This document shows, in pieces, positions 56,589-63,935 of a stretch of 64,000 nt of DNA. Numbering within the stretch: position 1 is the first letter of the stretch; each line of letters begins with the position of its first letter. The notes beneath the pieces were generated by a model. The model was not told where the DNA came from and did no database searches. It saw nothing but the letters and a program-made list of their open reading frames with translations. The translations under genes and the position numbers were made by a program. The stretch spans positions 62,278 through 126,277 of the IMG/VR virus record IMGVR_UViG_3300007735_000800, one strand, 5' to 3'. This DNA is from a virus.

Positions 56589-57899
56589 TTAGGCGTTGAT
56601 CGCGTACTGCGTGTCCCCGCCCTTCAGGTGGGGATCGGTGATGTCGATGGCATCCTGCACCGGGGTTCCCGCCCAATCCTTCTTGACGGGATGATCCTTC
56701 ATCCCCTCCGGGGGAGGGAGGATGGTCGGGTCGATCTTGGTGTAGAGGTTGAAGAACGCATCCTGCGTGGCGGGGTCGAAGCGGGTCAGCGTCAACTTGA
56801 TCGCCTTCTGCTTGTCACCGAAGATGGCGAACGCCTTGCAGACCTCCTCCAAGCGGCGGGTGGTGATGATATCGTCCAAGCCGCCCTCCTTGAAGCCCAA
56901 GCGGATCGTTTCCGCCCACTTGACGAGGTACTGCGCGAACTCCTTGTCCTCGCGCCCATAAGCCTTCATCTTGCGGATGATGATGCGGGCCTCAACGGTG
57001 CGGTCAGCGTAGTCCTGCTCAAACCAGTAGGAGAAGCGGTCAAGGAACGCCTCGTTCATGCACCGGGTGCCAACGAAGCGGTCAGACTCGCCCTTGCCCT
57101 TGGTGTTGGCGGTGGCGACCACATTGAAGCCAACGGCGGGCTTGATGAACGCGCCGATCTTCTTGATGTAGATGCCCTTGCCCTCAAGGACGGGCTGCAA
57201 GCACATCATGCGCTCCGTCCCAAGGTCGATCTCGTCCAACAGGAGGATCGCGCCACGCTGCATGGCCTGAACGACCCCGCCGAACACGAACTTGGTTTCG
57301 CCGTTGATGAGGCGGAATCCACCGATGAGGTCATCCTCGTCAGTCTCGGCGGTGATGTTGACGCGGATGCACTCACGACCGGAGGCCGCGCAAATCTGCT
57401 CGACCATCGTGGTCTTGCCGTTGCCGCTCATGCCCGTGATGTAGACGGGGGCGAACTGCTTGGACTTGAGGATGGTGCTGATGTCATCGTGGTGACCCCA
57501 AGGAACGAAGGTGTCGTTCTTGACGGGGACGAGCGAAACATCGGAGGACGGGGCGGCGAGGTTGTAGTTGCTGCTGCTCATGGGTTCCATTGTAACCGAA
57601 GTTTCGGAGTCGGTCAACTCATCTGAAGAAAGATTCTCATTTTCCTCACCGATTGCATCGGTGACGACGACCATCTCCGGGATGCTGTACAGGCCACGGC
57701 CAACGCGCCGGGACTTGTCTTGGACGAGCCAAGCCGGGAGGGTGCTGTAGTTGTCGTTGGGCGACATCTTGTAGGTGAGGTGGAATGCGTTGATGCACTG
57801 CTCACGGGTGTACCGTGCCTCACCGATGGACGAGGGAGTGCCGTACAGGTCGGTGAGAGCCTTGAGGAACTTTGCCTTGCGGTTGTCGATGCTGTTCAT
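56589..57899 (-). CDS. MoxR/CbbQ/CobS-like AAA+ ATPase
   Basis: GMSGNGKT Walker A, DLIGG, LLLDEID Walker B, NEAFLDRF; start MNSIDN 6 nt after TACAAT. Confidence 0.9.
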   Translation of the reverse strand: MNSIDNRKAKFLKALTDLYGTPSSIGEARYTREQCINAFHLTYKMSPNDNYSTLPAWLVQDKSRRVGRGLYSIPEMVVVTDAIGEENENLSSDELTDSETSVTMEPMSSSNYNLAAPSSDVSLVPVKNDTFVPWGHHDDISTILKSKQFAPVYITGMSGNGKTTMVEQICAASGRECIRVNITAETDEDDLIGGFRLINGETKFVFGGVVQAMQRGAILLLDEIDLGTERMMCLQPVLEGKGIYIKKIGAFIKPAVGFNVVATANTKGKGESDRFVGTRCMNEAFLDRFSYWFEQDYADRTVEARIIIRKMKAYGREDKEFAQYLVKWAETIRLGFKEGGLDDIITTRRLEEVCKAFAIFGDKQKAIKLTLTRFDPATQDAFFNLYTKIDPTILPPPEGMKDHPVKKDWAGTPVQDAIDITDPHLKGGDTQYAINA

Positions 57900-57991
57900 A
57901 CGAACATTGTAAGGCACAATCTTCTTGCCGTCAAGCAATCTTCAAAGTTTTTTTTGAGTCCGATAACCTGCCGGCTCCGCCTGGTCCTGGA

Positions 57992-58062
57992 CTACTATCC
58001 GGAAAGAAATAATAATCCTCACAATCCTCAGAAACCGGCATAAGGCCGGTTTCTGATAGTAG
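57992..58062. repeat. CTACTATC...GATAGTAG cassette 3
   Basis: Inner TCAGAAACCGGC/GCCGGTTTCTGA stem; GTCCGATAAC at 57958. Confidence 0.85.
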
Positions 58063-58121
58063 CTCAACGAACAACCCGGCCCTTGCGGGCCGGGTTGAGT
58101 ATGAGAGGGAACCCTAGCGGA

Positions 58122-58364
58122 TTAGGCTCCCGTGTTGTAGAAGTTCTTGTCGCACTTCTCCTGCGGCTTGCAGCAACGCTCAAGGCTGTTGATGCGAGCG
58201 TAAATCTTCTCATGCTCGCGCCAGTAGTCAGTCTCCAACTCGTTGATGCGGTGGTTCACGGCTGCGCTGCGCTCACGGAGCAGGGCGCGGGTGTAGCCGA
58301 TGGCGCAGAAGAGTGCGAGGCCGGTGAGGGACAGGTACATCAGGGTCGTGGGTTCGATGGTCAT
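58122..58364 (-). CDS. small membrane-anchored protein
   Basis: TTGACA-17-TATAAT-6-ATG (MTIEPTT); N-terminal TM. Confidence 0.6.
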   Translation of the reverse strand: MTIEPTTLMYLSLTGLALFCAIGYTRALLRERSAAVNHRINELETDYWREHEKIYARINSLERCCKPQEKCDKNFYNTGA

Positions 58365-58415
58365 GGTTCTATTATACCTCTTGGGTTGGGGTTTGTCAAG
58401 CAAAAAGTCGGGAAG

Positions 58416-58491
58416 TGGAAGGGGCGGGAGTTGCACCCACATATTCACGCTTATAAGGCATGCGCTCTAACTACTTTTCAGCCACCCTTCC
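58416..58491 (-). tRNA. tRNA-Ile(TAT)
   Basis: GGAAGGG/CCCTTCC+A, CATGC-CTTATAA-GCGTG, GTGGG-TGCAACT-CCCGC. Confidence 0.8.
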
Positions 58492-58630
58492 GTGGGAAGC
58501 CTTTTTACAGATGCTCCGTGTCTGTGCAACCGCAGGTTGCCTCTGTGCGGTTTGTCGAACACCGCCAAACTCAAAATATATTATTCGTCATGTTGATGTA
58601 CATCGTACCTCCTGGTTTGTGTTTGTCAAG

Positions 58631-58704
58631 CGTTCCCGGCTGGATTCGAACCAGCGACCTGCCGCTTAGAAGGCGGCTGCTCTATCCAACTGGGCTACGG
58701 GAAC
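58631..58704 (-). tRNA. tRNA-Arg(TCT)
   Basis: GTTCCCG/CGGGAAC, GCCGC-CTTCTAA-GCGGC. Confidence 0.93.
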
Positions 58705-58711
58705 AGGTCGA

Positions 58712-58831
58712 TTCGGCAGCAGGACTCCCATACCTGCATCTCTAGGATCGTACTTTCGGGTCGGATATAGCCAACATCGGGGCTTTACCACACCTAGCCG
58801 TGGAAGGTTTGCACACGGCGGGGAATCCTAG
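58712..58831 (-). ncRNA. structured inter-tRNA element
   Basis: CTAGGAT/ATCCTAG closing helix with GCCGTG/CACGGC and GTTGG/CCGAC hairpins, then GCAGG/CCTGC. Confidence 0.35.
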
Positions 58832-58901
58832 CGACTTCTCTATACAGCCCATGCCTCATCTCAACTTGGACGGGCTTAAAGAAGCACCGCCTCTCTTTTA
58901 G

Positions 58902-58986
58902 TGGGATTGGTGGGACTTGAACCCACAAGACTTTAGAGGTCGGCAGATTTTGAGTCTGCTGCGTATGCCGATTCCGCCACAATCCC
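58902..58986 (-). tRNA. tRNA-Leu(CAA)
   Basis: GGGATTG/CAATCCC, GCAGA-CTCAAAA-TCTGC, long variable arm. Confidence 0.93.
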
Positions 58987-59001
58987 TTTGGTCGTATTGT
59001 A

Positions 59002-59382
59002 TCAGATCGTTGAGTCTTTGTCAAGTGTGTTGTGTAATATTCTATGGCAATTTGCACAGACCAAAACACACTTGCTGATTTCCTCGTTGAGCGTTTCTAG
59101 ACTGTGTGAGTCTTTAGACAACCAAGAAACGTTTTTATGTTTTGCTTGTGGATCTAGGTGATGAAAGTCCAAACCACATGGATGTTCATTCCAACCACAT
59201 CGGAAACATTTACCAGATTTTTTAATTTCTTGGATGTACTCCCTGTTGCGCTCTCGTAGTTTTTGGTTGTTCTCTCTAAACCGTTCTTTGTTACTCTGGT
59301 AGTATTCTTGAACAGCTTGTTTGTTTTTTTCACGCCAACGACGTGAGGCTTCTTTTCTTGCTTCTGGATCTTTTCTAGGCAT
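59002..59382 (-). CDS. free-standing HNH endonuclease
   Basis: CFRCG...LDFHHLDP...EISKCVLVCANCHRILH; inserted among tRNAs. Confidence 0.85.
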   Translation of the reverse strand: MPRKDPEARKEASRRWREKNKQAVQEYYQSNKERFRENNQKLRERNREYIQEIKKSGKCFRCGWNEHPCGLDFHHLDPQAKHKNVSWLSKDSHSLETLNEEISKCVLVCANCHRILHNTLDKDSTI

Positions 59383-59415
59383 GGATTCTAAATCTCCTAA
59401 AAGTATTTAGAATCC
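59383..59415 (-). promoter_or_regulatory. hairpin containing a late promoter and SD of the HNH gene
   Basis: GGATTCTAAAT/ATTTAGAATCC 11-bp inverted repeat; TAAATA in the 5' arm, AGGAG in the loop. Confidence 0.7.
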
Positions 59416-59424
59416 TAGCAATGT

Positions 59425-59721
59425 CTAGAACAGGTCGGGGGTGTTGTCAACCTTTTTCTTGAAATTTTCTAGACCAAACTTGGCATGCAGTTCCTCGTAG
59501 AAGTCGGAGTTCGGGCGAACCACCGATTCGTGAAGACGGTTGCCGTTGATGAAAAAGGTCGCCTCGTCCACGGCATCGTAGTAGGCATCGATCAGTTCCT
59601 TGGGTGGATTGGCATTGCCTTCCAACCAATGCTCCATGATCAGGTCTGCCACGATTACAACGCGGTCGTAGGCTTGGAGGGCGAGAACCTTGGATTCTTC
59701 CGGCGTTGGGGGGTTGATCAT
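59425..59721 (-). CDS. hypothetical protein
   Basis: Intact ORF directly after tRNA-Lys. Confidence 0.55.
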   Translation of the reverse strand: MINPPTPEESKVLALQAYDRVVIVADLIMEHWLEGNANPPKELIDAYYDAVDEATFFINGNRLHESVVRPNSDFYEELHAKFGLENFKKKVDNTPDLF

Positions 59722-59724
59722 AAA

Positions 59725-59797
59725 TGCCTCCGGTGGGGTTCGAACCCACGACCAATAGATTAAAAGTCTACTGCGCTACCAACTGCGCTACAGAGGC
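59725..59797 (-). tRNA. tRNA-Lys(TTT)
   Basis: GCCTCTG/CGGAGGC, GTAGA-CTTTTAA-TCTAT. Confidence 0.92.
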
Positions 59798-59830
59798 GAA
59801 TGCCCATTGTACCCGATGGGCGCGGGTTTG

Positions 59831-60178
59831 TCAAACCTGATCCATGTCCTCGTCCTCGCTCCACATGCGCTTCTCCTCCGCGCTCCCGTACTTGTCACGG
59901 GTCATGGTGAGGAGGTCAACGAGGAGCATGATGAAGCCCATCGTCATCTGGTCGAGGGGACACTCCTCGCCGTTCTCCTTCATCCGCATGAGCGTCATGC
60001 CCATGTCGGCAGTCGCGCCGGAAACGATGAGGCGCAACTTGTCGTCCTTGTACCATGTCTTGTTCTCGCAGGTCAGCGCGAGGAGCATGGCTGCGATCAT
60101 GGACGGGGGCGGCTTGAAACTCTGCGCCACCTTGGACGGGTCGTTGAAGAAGTTGCTGAACTTGTTGGGTGCGCTCAC
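59831..60178 (-). CDS. hypothetical protein
   Basis: GC3-rich codon pattern; coupled ORF. Confidence 0.6.
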   Translation of the reverse strand: MSAPNKFSNFFNDPSKVAQSFKPPPSMIAAMLLALTCENKTWYKDDKLRLIVSGATADMGMTLMRMKENGEECPLDQMTMGFIMLLVDLLTMTRDKYGSAEEKRMWSEDEDMDQV

Positions 60179-60417
60179 TTGTTGATCTCCTGAATCTTGG
60201 CGAAGATGTCCACCACGAACTCACACTCGTCCTCGCTGCACATGGACGGGTCGCTCATGTTGGTGAGGATGCCGTAGGCAATCGCCATCTTTGCAACGCT
60301 GTCCACATCCTCGTGCCACAGCGGGTTCTCCTGCACGAAGGCGAACATCTCGTTCAGCAGGTCGCTGAAGTCACAGGTGGTGGGCTTGTCGGGGAAGTGT
60401 CGGGGTGGCTTTCGCAT
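60175..60417 (-). CDS. hypothetical protein
   Basis: TTGACA-16-TATAAT promoter and GGAGG upstream. Confidence 0.6.
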   Translation of the reverse strand: MRKPPRHFPDKPTTCDFSDLLNEMFAFVQENPLWHEDVDSVAKMAIAYGILTNMSDPSMCSEDECEFVVDIFAKIQEINK

Positions 60418-60734
60418 GGTGCCTCCATTATAAGGGAAGGTTCAACCTTGTCAAGCAGGACGGTGTAGTTTTTCTTGCTTTTCGACAGGTAGTTCTTGAT
60501 CGCGTAGAAGTCCTTCATGTCGTCCGAAGGAATCTCCACGCGCAGGATGTAGGTCTCGTAATCCGGCATCTCTGCGAACATGGTGGTCTTGTTCAGCGGG
60601 GAGAAGTCATCCTTGCCGATGAAGACCGTGATGTAGCCAAACATGATGTCGTTCATCATCTTGGCGAACCTGCGCTTCACCCAAGCATGGGAGAAGGATC
60701 GCTTGTGTTGGAGCGTGACCGTGAAGGTGATCAA
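60354..60734 (-). CDS. hypothetical protein
   Basis: Coupled to the upstream stop; 3' end overlaps the next gene. Confidence 0.5.
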   Translation of the reverse strand: MITFTVTLQHKRSFSHAWVKRRFAKMMNDIMFGYITVFIGKDDFSPLNKTTMFAEMPDYETYILRVEIPSDDMKDFYAIKNYLSKSKKNYTVLLDKVEPSLIMEAPCESHPDTSPTSPPPVTSATC

Positions 60735-60958
60735 TCGAAGTCCTCCTCGTCAACGAACTCATCGGCATCGAACTCATCCATGTCGGGAACATCCCGGTCA
60801 AGGTCAACCTCGCTGCCCGCGTACTCCTCCGGGTCGTAGTCGCCCACCATGCGGGTGGCCTCGTCACGGCTGTAGCCCTCGTTCATCAGTTCAACGATGG
60901 CATCGTTGGTGTCGTAGAGATCGGACTCGTCATACGGAATGTGGTCGGGGTTGGTCAT
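60731..60958 (-). CDS. small very acidic protein
   Basis: TTGACG-17-TATCAT-6-ATG (MTNPDH); D/E-rich, possible DNA mimic. Confidence 0.6.
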   Translation of the reverse strand: MTNPDHIPYDESDLYDTNDAIVELMNEGYSRDEATRMVGDYDPEEYAGSEVDLDRDVPDMDEFDADEFVDEEDFD

Positions 60959-61041
60959 GCCCCCATGATAAGGCATGAAAGGTGTCCCGTCAAGCAAACC
61001 GGGGAATATTTTTTATTATCGGTCCAAGGGGTCCGGGCCGG

Positions 61042-61096
61042 CTACTATCAGGAGGCGTCCAATAAAATCAGCGGCCTTAGGGGCCGCTGATAGTAG
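61042..61096. repeat. CTACTATC...GATAGTAG cassette 4
   Basis: Inner ATCAGCGGCC/GGCCGCTGAT stem; TTATCGG at 61016. Confidence 0.85.
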
Positions 61097-61225
61097 CCAA
61101 AGGACATGGCCCGCCCTAAAGAGGACGGGCCAGAGGTCTTGAAGGAAGCACCGTACTCCCTGTGCCCAAAGAAACTTGCAAATCTCTCCGGGTTCGCGCT
61201 GCGCGAGGCGCCTGGTGTTATTTGT

Positions 61226-61600
61226 TCAGATCACGGGTGCGCCGAACTTCTCCGTGTGCATCTCCATGAGGCGCATGACCGCATCGTCCAAGTCCACCGC
61301 CTTCTCCTCGCCCTTGGCGCGCATCTTGGCGATCATGTGGTTGTAGTAGGAGATGTTGCCCTCGGAGAGTTCGTTGATGAACTTGCGGGGATCGCCGTAG
61401 AGTTGCGTGATGAGAGCGACCACGATATCGCGCTCCATGCGGCTGAACCATGCCGGGGGCAGGCTGACGGCGAGTTCGCAGAAGGCGAGGGCCGCGTTGG
61501 TCTCCTCCGCGTCCTTCTTCGTGTCGTTGACCATGGCGAGGCAGAGGGCGAGGTTGAGGGCGAGAGCGTCGATTGCGGGGGTTCGGGTGGGCTTGTCCAT
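61226..61600 (-). CDS. hypothetical protein
   Basis: TTGACA-17-TACAAT-6-ATG. Confidence 0.65.
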   Translation of the reverse strand: MDKPTRTPAIDALALNLALCLAMVNDTKKDAEETNAALAFCELAVSLPPAWFSRMERDIVVALITQLYGDPRKFINELSEGNISYYNHMIAKMRAKGEEKAVDLDDAVMRLMEMHTEKFGAPVI

Positions 61601-61636
61601 GGTGCTATTGTACCTGTTGGTGGTGCGAATGTCAAG

Positions 61637-61924
61637 TCACGCGGTGACGATTTCTGTTTCTTTGCTGAAGTCCATCACACCAACGATGGAATCCTCGTGG
61701 AAGCGAATCCAGTCGCCTTTCTTGGTGTCGAACGCGGTGATGTAGTGCGGGTTCTCACCGCGCACAAACTTGGGATGCTTGTCCTTCGGAATCACGATCA
61801 GGTTCCGCGTGATCTTGCGGTCGTGGGTCGTGGTTCCATCCACCTTCTTGAAGGTGACGCGGATGATCTCTCCGTTGGAGAGAGCGGTGCGAATGATACG
61901 GGCGATTTCTTGAGTCGGGTTCAT
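61637..61924 (-). CDS. SH3-like / WYL-like domain protein
   Basis: VTFKKVDGT...T...IP...N..I..FD..K..W..F pattern; start MNPTQE. Confidence 0.6.
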   Translation of the reverse strand: MNPTQEIARIIRTALSNGEIIRVTFKKVDGTTTHDRKITRNLIVIPKDKHPKFVRGENPHYITAFDTKKGDWIRFHEDSIVGVMDFSKETEIVTA

Positions 61925-61995
61925 TTTCTTTTTCTTTCTTGGAGGGGTCGGGTGGGGGGCGGGGCAACAAGCCTCCACCCCCCTAGCACCACCCT

Positions 61996-62232
61996 TTAGG
62001 CGGGGTTGTTGCGGCGGGCATCCTGCCACCGGGTGACGGCCACCTCCACCGCGCGGACATAGCGGATGAGCCGCTCGGCCTCCTCGCGCACACACTTGTC
62101 GGAGCGACCGTTGCGGAGCGCGTTTTCGAGGCCCAAGGTGAAGCCGTTGACCAGTCCGTAGGCGAAGGCCATGCCGAAGTCGTTGGTGGGCGGGATTTCG
62201 ATTTCCGGGAGTTGGGTGGTGCTGTTCGTCAT
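61996..62232 (-). CDS. hypothetical protein
   Basis: TAGACA-17-TACAAT-6-ATG. Confidence 0.6.
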   Translation of the reverse strand: MTNSTTQLPEIEIPPTNDFGMAFAYGLVNGFTLGLENALRNGRSDKCVREEAERLIRYVRAVEVAVTRWQDARRNNPA

Positions 62233-62337
62233 GTCCCTATTGTAACCTCTGTTTCGGATTCTGTCTACCGTCTTGGAAACTTTTTTTTGAAAAAAGGGGA
62301 GGGGGAGATTTCTCTCAACCCCTCCCCCATCCGGGGG

Positions 62338-62721
62338 TCAGGCCGCTTCCTGGTCGCTGAGGTTCTTGAGGATGTTGCGGGCCTCCTGCTCCACCGCATC
62401 GAAGAACAACTTCGGGCAGGCGATGGAGAGGGGAACGATGTCGAAGGTGTCCGCGCACTCCCCGGCCATGATCGCGTCACCGTAGATGTGACGGCCCGCG
62501 ATGCATGAGGCGCGCAGGTTGAGGGGCGCGTCCCGGAGGAGGCCCATCTCATCGACCCACATGGCAGCGTGGTAGTTCTTGTCGAGGGACACGCGCTCCA
62601 CGATCTCGCAGCCGATGATCGGGTACATGGACGAGAGTTCGCGGGTGATCTCCACGACCGTGATCGGCTGCGTCATGGAGGCGGGGATGTGGACGGCGGG
62701 GATGTTGGAGGCGGTGCTCAT
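62338..62721 (-). CDS. DUF3846-like protein
   Basis: LSSMYPIIGCEIVERV...MWVDEMG...PLNLRAS...IYGDAI; TAGACA-17-TACAAT-6-ATG. Confidence 0.65.
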   Translation of the reverse strand: MSTASNIPAVHIPASMTQPITVVEITRELSSMYPIIGCEIVERVSLDKNYHAAMWVDEMGLLRDAPLNLRASCIAGRHIYGDAIMAGECADTFDIVPLSIACPKLFFDAVEQEARNILKNLSDQEAA

Positions 62722-62815
62722 GCACCTATTGTAACCGATGGCGGGCATTCTGTCTAGCGATTTGGAAAGATTATTTCGGGGGCCGATAACGCGTCCTGCG
62801 CCGGCGCGTCCTGGG

Positions 62816-62881
62816 CTACTATCAGGGGGCGTCCGGTAACGGGGGAGCTCCGGGCCGGCCAAGGGCCGGCCCGGATAGTAG
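62816..62881. repeat. CTACTATC...GATAGTAG cassette 5
   Basis: Inner TCCGGGCCGGCC/GGCCGGCCCGGA stem; CCGATAAC at 62783. Confidence 0.85.
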
Positions 62882-62884
62882 TCC

Positions 62885-63025
62885 CTAGCCCTCCCGGGCC
62901 AGTTCCCGCTTTCCGTCCCTCCTCAAAGCCCGAGGATCGCGGGTCTTCTTGCCCCAGGTCTTGGGGCGAAGCCTTATCCCTTGGCGGAAGGCATCGTGTA
63001 CAAAGCGTCCGGGTCGGTTGTTCAT
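62885..63025 (-). CDS. small basic protein
   Basis: MNNRPGRF... start overlaps the upstream TAA. Confidence 0.4.
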   Translation of the reverse strand: MNNRPGRFVHDAFRQGIRLRPKTWGKKTRDPRALRRDGKRELAREG

Positions 63026-63273
63026 TACTTGGCCTCCAGTTCGATTTGCTTTCTGGCGAAATCCAGTTTGTTCTGGATTCCCTTGATCGCGTTCGCATCC
63101 ATCCGACACTCCATCAGCGCATCATCGTCCTGCGTGTCGGTAATGTCGAACGACTTTGAATCCTTGAGGAGTCTAACCAACGCGTCGAACATTGCCGCAT
63201 CGATTAGGGCCAGTTCACGGGCGGAGAACTCGACCCGCGTGGTACGCTTGCGAATGGGGGCGATTGTGGTCAT
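63025..63273 (-). CDS. hypothetical protein
   Basis: Start MTTIAP overlaps the upstream stop. Confidence 0.55.
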   Translation of the reverse strand: MTTIAPIRKRTTRVEFSARELALIDAAMFDALVRLLKDSKSFDITDTQDDDALMECRMDANAIKGIQNKLDFARKQIELEAK

Positions 63274-63842
63274 TAGTCGGCCTTCCCCCGGACGATGATC
63301 CACAGCAGAGCCTGCAGCGTGGCCGGGGCCATGCACACGGTCGGCGTGGCCGCGATGCTGCGGATAGCGTCCGCGATGGCCCGGTACTCGGTGGCCGTGG
63401 GCGCATCCTTACCAAGGTCAGCAGCGCGGCACATCCACACATCGACCACGACCGCGCCCGAATCCCCGGCGATGGCACGGGCGAATGCGTTCGTCTTCGG
63501 CCCCTTCAAGCCCTTGAAGCCTTCCGTGCAGCACCGATCCGCAGCGGCCACATGGGAGCGCAGACCCTTGGGCGTGATGCCCTGCGCGTACTGGAGTGCC
63601 TTGGCCTTATTGTGCGCCCAAGTCACGCGGGGCGAGAACGCGGAGACAACGCTGGCCGCGACTTCCATGCTCCACTCCGGGCGCAGGATGGTCAGCGACT
63701 CTGCGAACGCGTTGGCCTCGGTGTACCATGCGCGGGCCGCGTGGTAATCGGCAACGGTGGCGCGGGACAGGAGCGCGATGAACGACTCGGTGGCGCGGGT
63801 GCGAACGGTTTCGTAGCGGGCGGTGGTGGTGGTGCGCGACAT
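63273..63842 (-). CDS. HhH-GPD/glycosylase-like fold protein (tentative)
   Basis: WY..A...SAFSPRVTW..N...GPKTNAFARAIAGD..AVVVDVWMCRA; TTGACA-17-TATCAT-6-ATG. Confidence 0.5.
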   Translation of the reverse strand: MSRTTTTARYETVRTRATESFIALLSRATVADYHAARAWYTEANAFAESLTILRPEWSMEVAASVVSAFSPRVTWAHNKAKALQYAQGITPKGLRSHVAAADRCCTEGFKGLKGPKTNAFARAIAGDSGAVVVDVWMCRAADLGKDAPTATEYRAIADAIRSIAATPTVCMAPATLQALLWIIVRGKAD

Positions 63843-63935
63843 GCCCCTATGATATCATGGGCGCGGGAATCTGTCAACCGATGCGCGAAGAAATATTTGA
63901 GATTATATTATCGGGCGCACCATCCAGGCCGGCGA

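Noticed and set aside
54172-57626. Long plus-strand ORFs (54172-55065, 55090-56364, 56532-57626 and similar in 58-64 kb)
   Set aside because: Antisense shadows of GC3-rich minus-strand genes; no promoter, SD or recognisable motif
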